Shown in pieces: positions 18,463 through 29,521 of a DNA stretch of 64,000 nucleotides (position 1 is its first letter; every line of letters starts with the position of its first letter). The notes under the pieces are model-generated. The model had not been told where the DNA came from and searched no databases. It saw only the letters and a list, made by a program, of their open reading frames with translations. This DNA comes from Alphaproteobacteria bacterium (GTDB taxonomy: Bacteria > Pseudomonadota > Alphaproteobacteria > SHVW01). The DNA lies in assembly GCA_009694085.1 (NCBI GenBank), contig SHVW01000001.1, positions 8,164-72,163 on the forward strand, read 5' to 3'. The position numbers and the translations under genes are program-made.

Positions 18463-20460
18463 ATGACGGAACAAGGTACGAGCGCGGCCGGCGCTGATGA
18501 TGCAGCTGCGAAAAAGGCCGAAGAATTCATCGAGCAGGAGGAAGGGGCGGTTAACCGTTTCGGCGGTTGGCTCGGGGTAGCGATTTCCGGGCTGGCCGTG
18601 GCCATGACCCTATTCCATCTCTACGCGGCCTACGACATCGTGTCGGCCCAAGTGCTCCGCCCTGTCCATGTCGGCTTCATGCTGGTGTTGACTTTCCTGC
18701 TGTTCCCCATGGCCCGGCGCTTCCGTCATCGCCTGATGCCGTGGGACATTCTGGGGGCGGCCGCCTCAATCGCGGTCGTCTGGTATCTGATCGCTGGCGG
18801 CGACGACCTCACCGACCGCTACACCGCGCCCCGCGCGATGGACATCGCGATGGGCCTGGCGTTCATGGCATTGCTGCTGGAGGCGACGCGACGGTCGACC
18901 GGCTGGATCATGCCGGTGGTCGCGCTGTTATTCCTAGCCTATGCGTTGTTCGGACCGCATTTGCCTCCGCCCTGGACCCATCGTGGTTACGACTTCGAGC
19001 GCTTGGTCGGTCAGCTTTACATGACACTGGAAGGTGTTTTCGGCACGGCGGTAGACGTGTCTTCCAGTCTGATCATCATGTTCACGATTTTCGGTGCCAT
19101 CCTGCAATTCTCCGGCGCGGGCAAGTTCTTCATCGACTTCTCCATGGCTGCTATGGGCGGAAAGTCATCGAGCGCGGGGCGTTCGGTCGTCATGGCATCG
19201 TTCCTGCTGGGTGGTCCGTCCGGCTCCGGCGTGGCGACCACGGTCACGATTGGCTCCGTTGCCTATCCGCTCCTGGCCAAGGCCGGCTACGAAAAAAATG
19301 CGGCCGGCGGCCTGCTCGCAGCTGGCGGTCTCGGCGCCATCCTATCGCCGCCGGTGCTGGGCGCGGCCGCCTTCCTGATCGCTGAATTCTTGAAAATATC
19401 CTATCTCGACGTCATCCGCATGGCCGTCATCCCGACCATTCTCTATTACCTCTCCTTGTTCGTGATGGTGGAACTGGACACGAGGCGATTCGGCATCGTT
19501 GGCGTTACCATCGACAAGGACCGGGGCGTGTGGGCGCTAACGCGGGAATACTGGTTTCATTTCGTCTCGCTGATTTCGATCGTCGTTTTCATGCTGCTCG
19601 GCTTCTCGCCACTGCTGTCGGTGTTCTGGGCGACCGTGGTGGCCTGGCTGTCGAGCTATCTGCATCGGGACTGCGCTCTCTGGCCCAAGAAGTTGTGGCA
19701 GGCGCTCTCGGCGGGGTCGATCGGCATGCTCAACGTTGCGGGCACCTGCGCCACGGCAGGCATCATCGTCGGCGTCGTCACGCTCACCGGCCTCGGTCTC
19801 AAATTCAGCGCCATCGCGATTGCCTATGCCGGCGGTAGCTTGCTTTTGACCACCGTTTACACGGCCTTGATCGTATGGGTCATCGGGCTCGCCGTGCCGG
19901 TTACGGCGTCCTACATCATCTGCGCCGTAATCGCCGCGCCCGCCTTGATCCAACTGGGCGTGCCCGACTATGCCGCCCACATGTTCATCTTCTACTACGC
20001 CGTCTTGTCCGAGGTGTCGCCGCCGACTGCGCTGTCGCCCTTCGCCGCTGCCGCCATCACCGGCGGCGATCCCTATAAGACGACGCTGCAATCCTGGAAA
20101 TACACCATGCCAGCCTTCCTGGTGCCGTTCGTCTTCGTGCTCGATCCCGCCGGCATCGGCTTGTTGCTGGTCGTGCCCAAGGACGGATCGTGGATCGACA
20201 TCGTGGCGATCACGGTAACGACCGGCATCGGCATCGGTGCGATCGCCGCCGCCGCCCAGAGCTGGTTGCTCAAGCGCACCACCGCGATCGAGCGGCTTCT
20301 TCTTCTGGCGGCGGGCATTCTACTCGTCGTGCCGGGCCTCTTAGAGCGCTGGTTTGGATTGCCGGCGAAGCTGGCGGGAATCAGCGTGAACTATGGCGAC
20401 GTCATTGGAATTGCAGCCGTTGCCGTCGCGCTCGCCGCCCAGAAATTACGGAAGACCTGA
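18463..20460 (+). CDS. TRAP transporter fused 4TM/12TM permease (TAXI type)
   Basis: SGSGVATT, PPVLGAAAF, FYYAVLSEVSPP. Confidence 0.92.
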   Translation: MTEQGTSAAGADDAAAKKAEEFIEQEEGAVNRFGGWLGVAISGLAVAMTLFHLYAAYDIVSAQVLRPVHVGFMLVLTFLLFPMARRFRHRLMPWDILGAAASIAVVWYLIAGGDDLTDRYTAPRAMDIAMGLAFMALLLEATRRSTGWIMPVVALLFLAYALFGPHLPPPWTHRGYDFERLVGQLYMTLEGVFGTAVDVSSSLIIMFTIFGAILQFSGAGKFFIDFSMAAMGGKSSSAGRSVVMASFLLGGPSGSGVATTVTIGSVAYPLLAKAGYEKNAAGGLLAAGGLGAILSPPVLGAAAFLIAEFLKISYLDVIRMAVIPTILYYLSLFVMVELDTRRFGIVGVTIDKDRGVWALTREYWFHFVSLISIVVFMLLGFSPLLSVFWATVVAWLSSYLHRDCALWPKKLWQALSAGSIGMLNVAGTCATAGIIVGVVTLTGLGLKFSAIAIAYAGGSLLLTTVYTALIVWVIGLAVPVTASYIICAVIAAPALIQLGVPDYAAHMFIFYYAVLSEVSPPTALSPFAAAAITGGDPYKTTLQSWKYTMPAFLVPFVFVLDPAGIGLLLVVPKDGSWIDIVAITVTTGIGIGAIAAAAQSWLLKRTTAIERLLLLAAGILLVVPGLLERWFGLPAKLAGISVNYGDVIGIAAVAVALAAQKLRKT

Positions 20461-20473
20461 CGCTCTCCCCACC

Positions 20474-21817
20474 TCAGAGGTATCTCAGCCACATATAGAC
20501 ATGGCTGATCGCGATGCTGATCAGCATCAGCGGGAAGGCGTATTTTGTATAGGTCAGGAAGCTGAAGCGGATGCCGTTGCGTTCGGCTAGCCCTGCCACG
20601 GTCAAATTGGCGCTGGCCCCGATCAGCGTGCCGTTGCCGCCCAGGCAAGCGCCGAGCGACAACGCCCACCACAGGGGCAACAGACCTTCCGGACCGCCGA
20701 AATTCGGCGCCATCGCCTTGATCAAGGGAATCATGGTGGCGACAAAGGGGATGTTGTCGACGATCGCCGACAGGATCGCGGACGACCACAGAATAGCATA
20801 GACCGTGAGCGCGAGATCTCCGCCCGTTGCCACGATCAGGTGGTCGGCAAGCAGCTTCAGCACGCCGGCGACTTCGACGCCATGGACCACCATGAACAGG
20901 CCGCAGAAGAAGAAAATGGTGATCCATTCGACGTCCGCGAAGGTCTTGTTGATGTTCTCGGTTTGCGCCTCGCCGTGGTGGACAAGGTTGTCCAGCAGCA
21001 TGAGCGCGGCCGCCCCGAACATGGCGATGGTGCCGGGCTCCAGGTGTAGCGGGCGCGCCAGCACGAAGGCGACGATGACGATCGCAACAACCGATAGGGA
21101 TTGGCGCAACAGGGTCCAGTCCGTGATTGCATCCATCTCGTTCATGGCCATGACGCGCGCGCGCCGCACGGGCGTGGCGCTCATGTGCCGGCCCCAGATC
21201 AAGTGCGTACACAGCAACTGCACCGCCATGATAACGATGATGACGGGCGTGAGGTTGATCACGAAATCGTTGAAGCTGAGATCGACGAGGGAGCCGATCA
21301 GGATGTTGGGCGGGTCGCCGATCAGGGTGGCGGTGCCGCCGATGTTGGAGGCAAAAATCTCGGCGAACAGGAAAGGGTAGGGCGGTACGTCCAAATCGCG
21401 GGTGATGGCCAGCGTGACCGGCACGATCAGCAGCACCGTCGTCACATTGTCGAGCAGGGCCGACAGCACGGCCGTGACCACGGATAGCATGATCAGGATG
21501 CCCCAGGGGCTGGCCTGGGATTTCTTGGCCGACCAGATCGCGACGTACTGGAACACGCCGCATTTGCGCGTCACGCTGACGATAATCATCATGCCGGTCA
21601 GCAAGGCAATCGTGTTGAAATCGATGCCTTTGAACGCTTCGTCCTGGTTGAGCACGCCGGACAGGATCATGATCCCGGCACCCAAGACGGCGACGATCGA
21701 GCGATTGATCTTCTCGCTCATGATTGCCACATAGGTCACGATCAAGAGGATCGAGGACACCCACATCGGGTTGAGGCCGAACAGAACATTGGGCACCCAC
21801 GCTGCGCTCTCGTGCAT
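20474..21817 (-). CDS. ArsB/NhaD (P-protein-like) anion permease
   Basis: LDNVTT, SNIGGTATLIGDPPN, VDNIP, LGGNGTLIGASAN. Confidence 0.9.
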   Translation of the reverse strand: MHESAAWVPNVLFGLNPMWVSSILLIVTYVAIMSEKINRSIVAVLGAGIMILSGVLNQDEAFKGIDFNTIALLTGMMIIVSVTRKCGVFQYVAIWSAKKSQASPWGILIMLSVVTAVLSALLDNVTTVLLIVPVTLAITRDLDVPPYPFLFAEIFASNIGGTATLIGDPPNILIGSLVDLSFNDFVINLTPVIIVIMAVQLLCTHLIWGRHMSATPVRRARVMAMNEMDAITDWTLLRQSLSVVAIVIVAFVLARPLHLEPGTIAMFGAAALMLLDNLVHHGEAQTENINKTFADVEWITIFFFCGLFMVVHGVEVAGVLKLLADHLIVATGGDLALTVYAILWSSAILSAIVDNIPFVATMIPLIKAMAPNFGGPEGLLPLWWALSLGACLGGNGTLIGASANLTVAGLAERNGIRFSFLTYTKYAFPLMLISIAISHVYMWLRYL

Positions 21818-21996
21818 CGGCTCATTTCCCCCGGTCTTTGCGGATTTGACCGCCGACGCGGTTGCGGCGACGGTGTCAACCCCGTGTTCTCCCTTTCCCA
21901 TGAGGGCAAGTTGGTCGTCAAGCGATCCGGCGGGCATGCAGGCTGAGCAGAGGAAGAGACAATGGCGGTGGGTTGGGTACCCTCGGGAACGCGCGA

Positions 21997-23115
21997 ATGA
22001 CTGCCCGCCCGCGCTTCATTGGCAGCGAGATCTATCGGCGCTCCACCTACGGCGCCAAGCATCCCCTGGCGATCCCGCGGGTTTCCGCCACCATCGATCT
22101 CGCCCGCGCGCTCGGTTGGCTGCCGCCCGAGGCCTATATCGAAAGTCCGATCGCTCGGCCGGATCAACTCACGCGCTTCCACGCGCCGGATTATGTCGCG
22201 GCTCTCATGGCGGCCGAGGCGTCGGGGAGCGTCGAGCCGGCCCTGCGCGAGCGCTACAATATCGGGCGTAACGGCAATCCGGTTTTCCCCGAGATTTTTT
22301 TCCGGCCCGCGACTGCCTGCGGCGCCTCGCTGCTGGCAGCCGAGATGCTGCTTGATGCCGGGCGTGGCATCGTCCACAGCCCGGCAGGCGGCACCCACCA
22401 TGGCCGGCCCGATCGGGCCAGCGGCTTTTGTTATTTCAACGACCCCGCGCTGGCCATTCTGCGCTTACTTGATGGTGGTCTCGACCGCATCGCCTATGTC
22501 GATCTCGATGCCCACCACGGCGACGGTGTGGAGGACGCATTCCTGGGCGATCCGCGCGTGCTCACCGTCTCAATTCACGAGGCCGGGCGCTGGCCGGGTA
22601 CGGGGATTGAGCCCGTTGGGGGCGCGGGCGGCACGGCGCGCAACCTGCCCGTGCCTGCCGGCTTCAACGACAGCGAAATGGCCCTGGCGGTCGACGCGGC
22701 GATCTTGCCCCTAATTCGCCGGCACGCGCCCGACGCGCTCCTGATCCAATGTGGCTGCGACGGCCTTGCCGACGATCCGCAGAGCGGGCTCGACCTATCG
22801 AACCGGGCGATCTGGCGCGCGGTTGGTGCTCTCAAGGGCATGGCGCCGCGCGTGCTTGTGCTTGGCGGCGGGGGTTACAATCCCTGGGCCGTCGCGCGCT
22901 GCTGGGCCGGCATTTGGGGCGTGCTCAACGGCCACGACTTGGACGCACCGTTGCCCGAGGCGGCCGAGGCCGTACTGCGCGGCCTGTCGTGGAACCACAG
23001 CCGCGGCCGCAATCCTCCGGACCGTTGGTTTGCGACTCTTGCCGATCCGCCGCGGGATGGGCCGGTGCGCGCCGAGCTGCGCGCCATCGTTGCAGCGGCT
23101 GCGGCGCATGAGTAG
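21997..23115 (+). CDS. acuC: AcuC/class I HDAC-like Zn-dependent deacetylase
   Basis: HPL, GGTHH, GFCYFND, DLDAHHGDG, D...DDP, GGGGY. Confidence 0.88.
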   Translation: MTARPRFIGSEIYRRSTYGAKHPLAIPRVSATIDLARALGWLPPEAYIESPIARPDQLTRFHAPDYVAALMAAEASGSVEPALRERYNIGRNGNPVFPEIFFRPATACGASLLAAEMLLDAGRGIVHSPAGGTHHGRPDRASGFCYFNDPALAILRLLDGGLDRIAYVDLDAHHGDGVEDAFLGDPRVLTVSIHEAGRWPGTGIEPVGGAGGTARNLPVPAGFNDSEMALAVDAAILPLIRRHAPDALLIQCGCDGLADDPQSGLDLSNRAIWRAVGALKGMAPRVLVLGGGGYNPWAVARCWAGIWGVLNGHDLDAPLPEAAEAVLRGLSWNHSRGRNPPDRWFATLADPPRDGPVRAELRAIVAAAAAHE

Positions 23116-23118
23116 GGT

Positions 23119-23619
23119 ATGGGTATGATGAGCATCGCAAGGCTTCAGGCGCGGTTCGATCGGATTGCCAGGTTGGCGGCGGCGGCTTTGCTGCTGGCGC
23201 TGGCTGTCGCCGCATCGGCCGTCGCTCAGCAATCCCCGGCCTTTCCCAAATCCGCCCTGACCATCGAGACCGCGTCGGGCACGCACCGCTTCAATATCGA
23301 ATTGGCGCAGACGCCGGAGCAGATGTCGTTCGGCCTGATGTTCCGCAAGCAGATGGCGCCCGATGCCGGCATGTTGTTCGTCTACGAATCGCCGCGCATG
23401 GCGGCGATGTGGATGAAGAATACCTACATCCCGCTCGACATGGTGTTCATTGGCGCGGACGGTCGCATCGTCAATATCGCGGAGCGCACGGTGCCCCATT
23501 CCGAAGCGACCGTCGCTTCCAACGGGCCCGTGCGCGCGACTTTAGAGCTTAACGGCGGCACGGCATCGCGGCTCGGCATCAAGCCGGGCGACCGGGTGCG
23601 CCACGAGGCCTTCAAATAG
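23119..23619 (+). CDS. DUF192 exported protein
   Basis: GLMFR...GMLF...WMKNT.IPLDM.F. Confidence 0.9.
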   Translation: MGMMSIARLQARFDRIARLAAAALLLALAVAASAVAQQSPAFPKSALTIETASGTHRFNIELAQTPEQMSFGLMFRKQMAPDAGMLFVYESPRMAAMWMKNTYIPLDMVFIGADGRIVNIAERTVPHSEATVASNGPVRATLELNGGTASRLGIKPGDRVRHEAFK

Positions 23620-24282
23620 TCAGAGCTTGAGTGCCAGCGTCAGCCCGTCGCCCACGGGCAGCACGCTGAGCGCCACGCGTTTGTCGACGTGGACCTTGCG
23701 GTTGAGCGCCCGGATGGCGCTCGTGTCTTCATCGGTCACGGTCTCATCGGCGGTTTTGCCGCCCCAGAGCACATTGTCGATGGCGACCAGCCCGCCCTTG
23801 CGCAGCAGGGTGAGGGCGCGCTCGTAATAGCCGTCGTAATTCTTCTTGTCCGCGTCGATGAAGGCGAAGTCGAAACTGCCGGCGGCGCCATCCCGGATCA
23901 GGCCGTCCAGGGTTTCCAAGGCCGGTGCCAAGCGCAAATCGATCTTGCCGGTCATGCCGGCCTCTGCCCAATGACTTCGGCCGATCGACGTCCACTCCTC
24001 GCTGACATCGCAGGCGATCACCTTACCTTCCCCGGGCAGGGCGAGCGCCACGACTAGCGCGCTATAGCCGGTGAACGTGCCGACCTCCAGGGTCTTGCGC
24101 GCGCCCAGAAGTTGCACCAGCAGCGCCATAAGTTGGCCTTGCTCGGGTGAGATCTGCATGCCGCCCCATTGCAACGGCTTGGTCGCCTCGCGCAGTTTGG
24201 CTAGAACCGGGTGCTCGCGCAGGGAAATACCGTGCAGATAGGCGCGAATCTCGTCGCTCATGCCCCAGGTCTTGCTCGACAT
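23620..24282 (-). CDS. SAM-dependent O-methyltransferase (CCoAOMT-like)
   Basis: LEVGTFTGYS, FDFAFIDADK, DNVLW.G, PVGDG. Confidence 0.92.
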   Translation of the reverse strand: MSSKTWGMSDEIRAYLHGISLREHPVLAKLREATKPLQWGGMQISPEQGQLMALLVQLLGARKTLEVGTFTGYSALVVALALPGEGKVIACDVSEEWTSIGRSHWAEAGMTGKIDLRLAPALETLDGLIRDGAAGSFDFAFIDADKKNYDGYYERALTLLRKGGLVAIDNVLWGGKTADETVTDEDTSAIRALNRKVHVDKRVALSVLPVGDGLTLALKL

Positions 24283-24402
24283 TGCGGAGGACTCCTTGTG
24301 CCCTATTGGATTGCCATCCTGCCCCGGGGGCAAAGCCGGGGGAAGGGCGTTTGCTTGCCCTGTCGCGGCCATTCGTGTATCCCCTTGCTTTGCCAGCGGG
24401 AA

Positions 24403-24479
24403 CGGGGTGTAGCTCAGCCTGGTAGAGCGCCTATTTTGGGTGTAGGAAGCCGGAGGTTCGAATCCTCTCACCCCGACCA
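24403..24479 (+). tRNA. tRNA-Pro(TGG)
   Basis: Full cloverleaf, anticodon loop TTTGGGT, GGTTCGAATCC T-arm, CCA end. Confidence 0.95.
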
Positions 24480-24520
24480 GTGCGGTACGCTCACGTATCA
24501 TTTCATTCGGGTTGCCGACC

Positions 24521-24814
24521 ATGAAAGTGCGCATCTTCCAACCGAGCAAGACGGCGATGCAATCGGGCCGTGCCAAGACCCAGTCCTGGGTGGTCGAGCA
24601 CGAGCCGGCCACGCCCAAGGCACCGGAACCCTTGATGGGCTGGACCAGCGCCGGCGATACGCTGGGGCAAGTCCGGCTCGAGTTCGACAGTCAGGCCGAC
24701 GCCATCGCGTGGTGCGACAAGCACGGCCACGACTACGCGATCCAGGCGGCGGTCACCCGCGCGATCCGGCCGAAAGCCTATGCCGACAATTTCAAGTTCG
24801 ACAGAATTCGCTGA
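24521..24814 (+). CDS. ETC complex I accessory subunit (NDUFS4-like)
   Basis: TAMQSG, EPLMGWTS..DT..QV.L.F, YADNF. Confidence 0.92.
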   Translation: MKVRIFQPSKTAMQSGRAKTQSWVVEHEPATPKAPEPLMGWTSAGDTLGQVRLEFDSQADAIAWCDKHGHDYAIQAAVTRAIRPKAYADNFKFDRIR

Positions 24815-24851
24815 AATCGCAGGCGGCGCATATGGACTTGGTCCCGCCACT

Positions 24852-24928
<77 letters not shown>

Positions 24929-24988
24929 GCGGTGCGCGATCTTGTCATAGCCGATGGCGGCTACCGGGAGAGAGCGGAGGAGTTATAG

Positions 24989-25891
24989 GTGCAAACGGCA
25001 GAGACCTCCGCCAGTCGCCCCTATCGCTGGATCGAGGCCAACTCGATCGCGGGCGCGCTGGGCGCAGAGATCGACGGCGTCGATCTGTCCTGCGATCTGA
25101 CGGACGAGGTGATGGCGGAGATTCGCGCCGCTTCGCTTCGCCATCAGGTCATCTTCTTTCGCGACCAAAAGCTGACGCCGGAACAGCACGTCGCCTTTGC
25201 CCGCCGCTGGGGCGAGATCCTCTATTTCCCGCTTTCCGATGGGATCGAAGGCTATCCGGAGATTCTTGAGGTTAAGAAGACGCCGGCCGACAAGAAAAAC
25301 GTCGGCAATTTCTGGCATACCGACCAGATGTTCGCGGTGCGGCCGGCGATGGTCTCGATCCTCTATGGCCGGCAGGTTCCGCCCTTCGGCGGCGATACCA
25401 TGTTCTCCAACCAATACCTGGCCTACGAAACGCTGTCGCCTGGCATGCAGCGGATGGTGCGCGGCCTGCGCACGGTCAGCAGCAGCAGCCATCTCAATCG
25501 TGGCGGCGGCGAGGACGGCATGGACGGGGGCAAGTCCGTCTTCGATTCCACCGGCACCGCCATCAAGATCCGCGATCCCGGCAGTGCGCGCATGACTGGC
25601 GCCCATCCGCTGGTCCGCACGCATCCGGAGACTGGCCGCAAATCGCTGTTCATCGGCAGCCACACCCATAATTTCGAGGACATGACGGAGGAAGAAAGCC
25701 GGCCGCTGATCGATTTCCTGATGCGGCACTCCACTAGACCCGAACACACCTGCCGCTTCCGCTGGCGCACCGGATCGCTCGCGGTCTGGGATAATCGCTG
25801 CACCCAGCACCTCGCGCTCAACGACTATCCCAACGAGACGCGCGTGATGCATCGCATCACGATATTGGGCGACGAACCTTTTGCCTCCTGA
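24989..25891 (+). CDS. TauD/TfdA Fe(II)/2-oxoglutarate dioxygenase
   Basis: WHTD, GGDT.F, HPLVRTHPETGRK, WDNRCTQH. Confidence 0.92.
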   Translation: MQTAETSASRPYRWIEANSIAGALGAEIDGVDLSCDLTDEVMAEIRAASLRHQVIFFRDQKLTPEQHVAFARRWGEILYFPLSDGIEGYPEILEVKKTPADKKNVGNFWHTDQMFAVRPAMVSILYGRQVPPFGGDTMFSNQYLAYETLSPGMQRMVRGLRTVSSSSHLNRGGGEDGMDGGKSVFDSTGTAIKIRDPGSARMTGAHPLVRTHPETGRKSLFIGSHTHNFEDMTEEESRPLIDFLMRHSTRPEHTCRFRWRTGSLAVWDNRCTQHLALNDYPNETRVMHRITILGDEPFAS

Positions 25892-26067
25892 TCGGTAGCG
25901 ACCGTTAAAGCTTGCCATCCTGTCAGTATATGTCAGGTTCCCTGTGACAAAAATTAGCGTGGTGATGTTTCGGCGGCCCTATAAGATCGCCTGCCAGCCA
26001 AGCAACAAAAATACCAGGGCGCGGGACCTGACCCGGCGCTTGGACCAACCGGAGGAGGAGCAGGGCC

Positions 26068-27285
26068 GTGCCGCTACGGAAATTCTCACGCGCGATCGGC
26101 GGTTTGGGCTGCGTGGCCACTGCCGTTGGGGCCTTGATTCTCGGCAGCGCCGGTCTTGGTCATGCCCAGGTGCCGCCCTTTCCGAAATCGCCCCAGACCA
26201 TCAACGTGATCGATGTTGGCGGCGTTCTCGCCCTGACCCAGGACGCGCTCGAAAAATACCGCGCGGCGCACCCCGAACGGGTCGCGCGTTTCACTTACAG
26301 CAAGGGGCCGAGTCCGACGCTGGCCGGCAAGATCAAGGCGCAGCAGGCGGGCGGCCGAGTCGATATCGACCTGGTGTTGAGCGGGATCAACGGCATCTCC
26401 GACGGCATCGTCCAGGGCCTGTGGGTCAAGGTGCTGCCCGAATATGAATCGAAGTTCGGTGGCAAGGTCGATGACATGCTCCTGCCCGGCGCGCTCAAGA
26501 CCCATCGCGACGCCCAGGGTTACGCCGTCGCCGTCGTGTTCACACCGGCTGGCCCGCTGCTCGAATACAATCCCGACAAGGTCAAGAACCCGCCCAAGAC
26601 AACAGACGAGCTGATGGCGTGGTGCAAGGCCAATCCCGATCGCCTGTTCTATGGCCGCCCCGCGCAATCCGGCCCGGCCCGCGCCTTCCTGCTCGGCCTG
26701 CCCTACATGCTTGGCGACAGCAATCCCCGGGATCCGGTCAAGGGCTGGGACAAGACCTGGGCCTATCTCAAGGAGCTCAACACCTGCATCGATTACTACC
26801 CGCCGCTGACCTCCACCACGATGAAGGAATTGGGTGACGGATCGAAGGACATGATCCTGACCACCATGGGTTGGGACATCAATCCCCGCGTCCTCGGCGT
26901 GGCGCCGAAATCGGCAAAGGTGCAGTTGATCACCGGGCCGAACGGCTTCACCTTCGTGACCGACGCGCAGTTCATGGCCATCCCGAAGGGCATTTCCCAG
27001 GACAAGCTGGCGGTCGTGCTCGACATCATGGCTTATCTGATGAAACCGGAGCAGCAGGCGATGACCTATGACCAGGGCTATTTCTATCCCGGCCCCTCGG
27101 TCAAGAACGTGCCCCTGAGCCAGGCGCCTAGGGAAAGCCAGGACGCCATCAAGGAGTACGGCCGCCCCGAATACGACAAGTGGATCAATGAATATCCGAT
27201 GGAACCGCCGATTTTCGCCGAGACCCTCGGCATTGCCCATCGCATGTGGGACGAATTGATCGGCGCCGCGGCGAAGCGGAAATAG
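26068..27285 (+). CDS. PotD/PotF-like ABC substrate-binding protein
   Basis: Signal peptide, SBP signature, co-oriented with the ABC ATPase and permeases. Confidence 0.85.
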   Translation: MPLRKFSRAIGGLGCVATAVGALILGSAGLGHAQVPPFPKSPQTINVIDVGGVLALTQDALEKYRAAHPERVARFTYSKGPSPTLAGKIKAQQAGGRVDIDLVLSGINGISDGIVQGLWVKVLPEYESKFGGKVDDMLLPGALKTHRDAQGYAVAVVFTPAGPLLEYNPDKVKNPPKTTDELMAWCKANPDRLFYGRPAQSGPARAFLLGLPYMLGDSNPRDPVKGWDKTWAYLKELNTCIDYYPPLTSTTMKELGDGSKDMILTTMGWDINPRVLGVAPKSAKVQLITGPNGFTFVTDAQFMAIPKGISQDKLAVVLDIMAYLMKPEQQAMTYDQGYFYPGPSVKNVPLSQAPRESQDAIKEYGRPEYDKWINEYPMEPPIFAETLGIAHRMWDELIGAAAKRK

Positions 27286-27310
27286 CGGAGCATTTTTGGG
27301 AGAGATCGCT

Positions 27311-28351
27311 ATGGCCGCTGCCGCTAAACTGGTGCCGCACAAGCGCGGCTGGCTCAGCTCGGAAATGAGCAAGGAGCAGCTTACCCTCCAACTGACGGCG
27401 GAGCATCGCGCCGCCATCAAAGAGCTGATGACCGAGATCAAGGGCGAGGGGCTGGAGTTCCAGGAGATTCGCCGCAAGGATTTCGATCACCCCGCGCTCA
27501 ATGGCTTTCTCGCGCGCGTGCTGCACCAGATCAGGGAAGGCTACGCTATCGCCATCCTGAGCGGATTTCCGATCCAGGATTACAGTGTCGATGATCTCAA
27601 GGCGATCTATTGGGGGGTCGGCACCCATTTCGGCCGGGGCTGCTCCCAGAGCGCGAATGGCGACTATCTCGGACTGGTGACGGATCGCAAGAACGCCCGC
27701 GGCTACACCAGCAGCCGCGCGCTCGATCTGCATACGGATTCGGCCGAGATGGTCGGGCTGCTCTGCATTCGCAGCTCCGAGGAAGGCGGCATGAACATGT
27801 TCGCCAACTCGCTGACGATTTTCGACATCATCCAACGCGAACACCCGGAATACATGCCGGTTTACGCCAAGGGCTTTCCCTATCATCGCAAGGGCGAGGA
27901 AGCGCCGGGCGCCGAACCGATCACGCCTTTCGATTGCCCGATCTTCTCCATGGCGGGGGGTGTGCTGAGCTGCCGTTACTCCCGGGAGGGCTGGGAGTTG
28001 GCCTTGCGGGAGACGAAGCGCAACTACATATCGTTGGAGCGCACCGCGCTCGACTTCTTCGATCAGGTGGCCATGCGCGACGAGGTGCGCTTCGACATGA
28101 AGCTGAGTCCGGGCGAGGCCGTGTTCCAGAGCAATTTCGAGATGGTCCATGGCCGCACGGCTTTCGTCGATCGCGGCGAACCCGGTCGCGAGCGCCTGCT
28201 GTTCCGGCTCTGGCTGGTGGGCGATCCGCCGCGCCCCCTACGCCCGAACCTGCTGAGCTTCCAGAACAAGTCGGGGTTGCAGGGGATCGACAAGCAGGAA
28301 GGTCGCGTGCCGGGCCAAGCCCAGTTCACCGTCACCGCCAACATGGTCTGA
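27311..28351 (+). CDS. Clavaminate-synthase-like (TauD superfamily) dioxygenase
   Basis: LHTD...HGRT.F.D...R.L.RLWL. Confidence 0.85.
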   Translation: MAAAAKLVPHKRGWLSSEMSKEQLTLQLTAEHRAAIKELMTEIKGEGLEFQEIRRKDFDHPALNGFLARVLHQIREGYAIAILSGFPIQDYSVDDLKAIYWGVGTHFGRGCSQSANGDYLGLVTDRKNARGYTSSRALDLHTDSAEMVGLLCIRSSEEGGMNMFANSLTIFDIIQREHPEYMPVYAKGFPYHRKGEEAPGAEPITPFDCPIFSMAGGVLSCRYSREGWELALRETKRNYISLERTALDFFDQVAMRDEVRFDMKLSPGEAVFQSNFEMVHGRTAFVDRGEPGRERLLFRLWLVGDPPRPLRPNLLSFQNKSGLQGIDKQEGRVPGQAQFTVTANMV

Positions 28352-28397
28352 GCGGCTGGTGGCCGCTGCCTTCGGACGCGAATAGGAGCGGGACCCC

Positions 28398-29516
28398 ATG
28401 CAGGACTCCAAGTCGCCGCTGTCCGATCGCCTGAGCGCGCCCGCCGGTGCCGGTTCGTCCTTCGGCGAATTACGCCTGGACGGCGTAAGCCGGAGTTTCG
28501 GCAGTGCCGTGGCGCTGGCCGGTCTGACCATGACCGTGCGGCGCGGTGAATTCGTCACCCTGCTCGGCCATTCCGGCTGCGGCAAGACCACCGCGCTCAA
28601 CTGTGTCGCCGGACTACTGCCTCTGACCTCGGGCACCGTCTGGCTCGACGACCGGCGTATCGACGTGTTGCGGCCGGAGGAACGCGGCTTCGGCATGGTG
28701 TTCCAGAACTACGCCCTATTTCCCCATATGACGGTGCGGCGCAATACCGGGTTCGGCCTTGCCATGCGCCGGCTGCCGCGCGACGAAATCCGCCGTCGGG
28801 TCGGCGAGGTCCTCGACCTCGTCAAGCTCAGCGCGCACGCCGACAAGCTACCCGGCCAGCTCTCGGGCGGGCAGCAGCAGCGCGTCGCTATCGCGCGCGC
28901 GATCGTCGTGCAGCCGCCGCTGGTGCTGATGGACGAGCCGCTGTCCAATCTCGATGCCAGCCTGCGCCTGGAAATGCGGACCGAGCTGAAGCGCATCCAC
29001 CGCGAACTCGGCCGGTCGACCATCTATGTCACTCATGACCAGGACGAGGCGCTGTCGCTATCGGACCGGATCGTCATGCTGCAGGATGGGAGGGTGCAGC
29101 AGATCGCGACGCCCGAAGACATCTACGCCCGCCCCGCCACCATCGACGTCGCGCGCTTCATGGGTTACCGCAATCTGTTCGAGCTGGACGTGGCGTCTGT
29201 TGACGGCGACTGGGCGAATGTGGCTGGCAAGGGGATCGCGTTGCGTGGCCTGCGTCGAGGCGAAATCGGTCGGCGCGCGGTCGTGGCGATCCGTCCCAAC
29301 GACCTGGTGCTCGATGGCGGCAGCGAGGGCGGCATCGTCGGCCGGGTCGAGATCGTCGAGTATTGCGGTCGCGAGTATATCGTGGACCTGATCACCGACG
29401 CCGGCACGATGCTGCAAGCCCGGAGCGCACAACGGGTCGCACCGGGGGATGTCCTGCGCTGTCACGCCAGCGCAGATCGCGTTCTGATCTATCCCGTGGC
29501 CTCGGGCGCGGCGTGA
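28398..29516 (+). CDS. PotA-like ABC ATPase with TOBE domain
   Basis: [24 protein letters not shown]. Confidence 0.93.
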   Translation: MQDSKSPLSDRLSAPAGAGSSFGELRLDGVSRSFGSAVALAGLTMTVRRGEFVTLLGHSGCGKTTALNCVAGLLPLTSGTVWLDDRRIDVLRPEERGFGMVFQNYALFPHMTVRRNTGFGLAMRRLPRDEIRRRVGEVLDLVKLSAHADKLPGQLSGGQQQRVAIARAIVVQPPLVLMDEPLSNLDASLRLEMRTELKRIHRELGRSTIYVTHDQDEALSLSDRIVMLQDGRVQQIATPEDIYARPATIDVARFMGYRNLFELDVASVDGDWANVAGKGIALRGLRRGEIGRRAVVAIRPNDLVLDGGSEGGIVGRVEIVEYCGREYIVDLITDAGTMLQARSAQRVAPGDVLRCHASADRVLIYPVASGAA

Positions 29517-29521
29517 CGCTG

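Noticed and set aside
23620..24618. 332-aa extended O-methyltransferase
   Set aside because: The extension runs antisense through tRNA-Pro; the real start is taken at 24282
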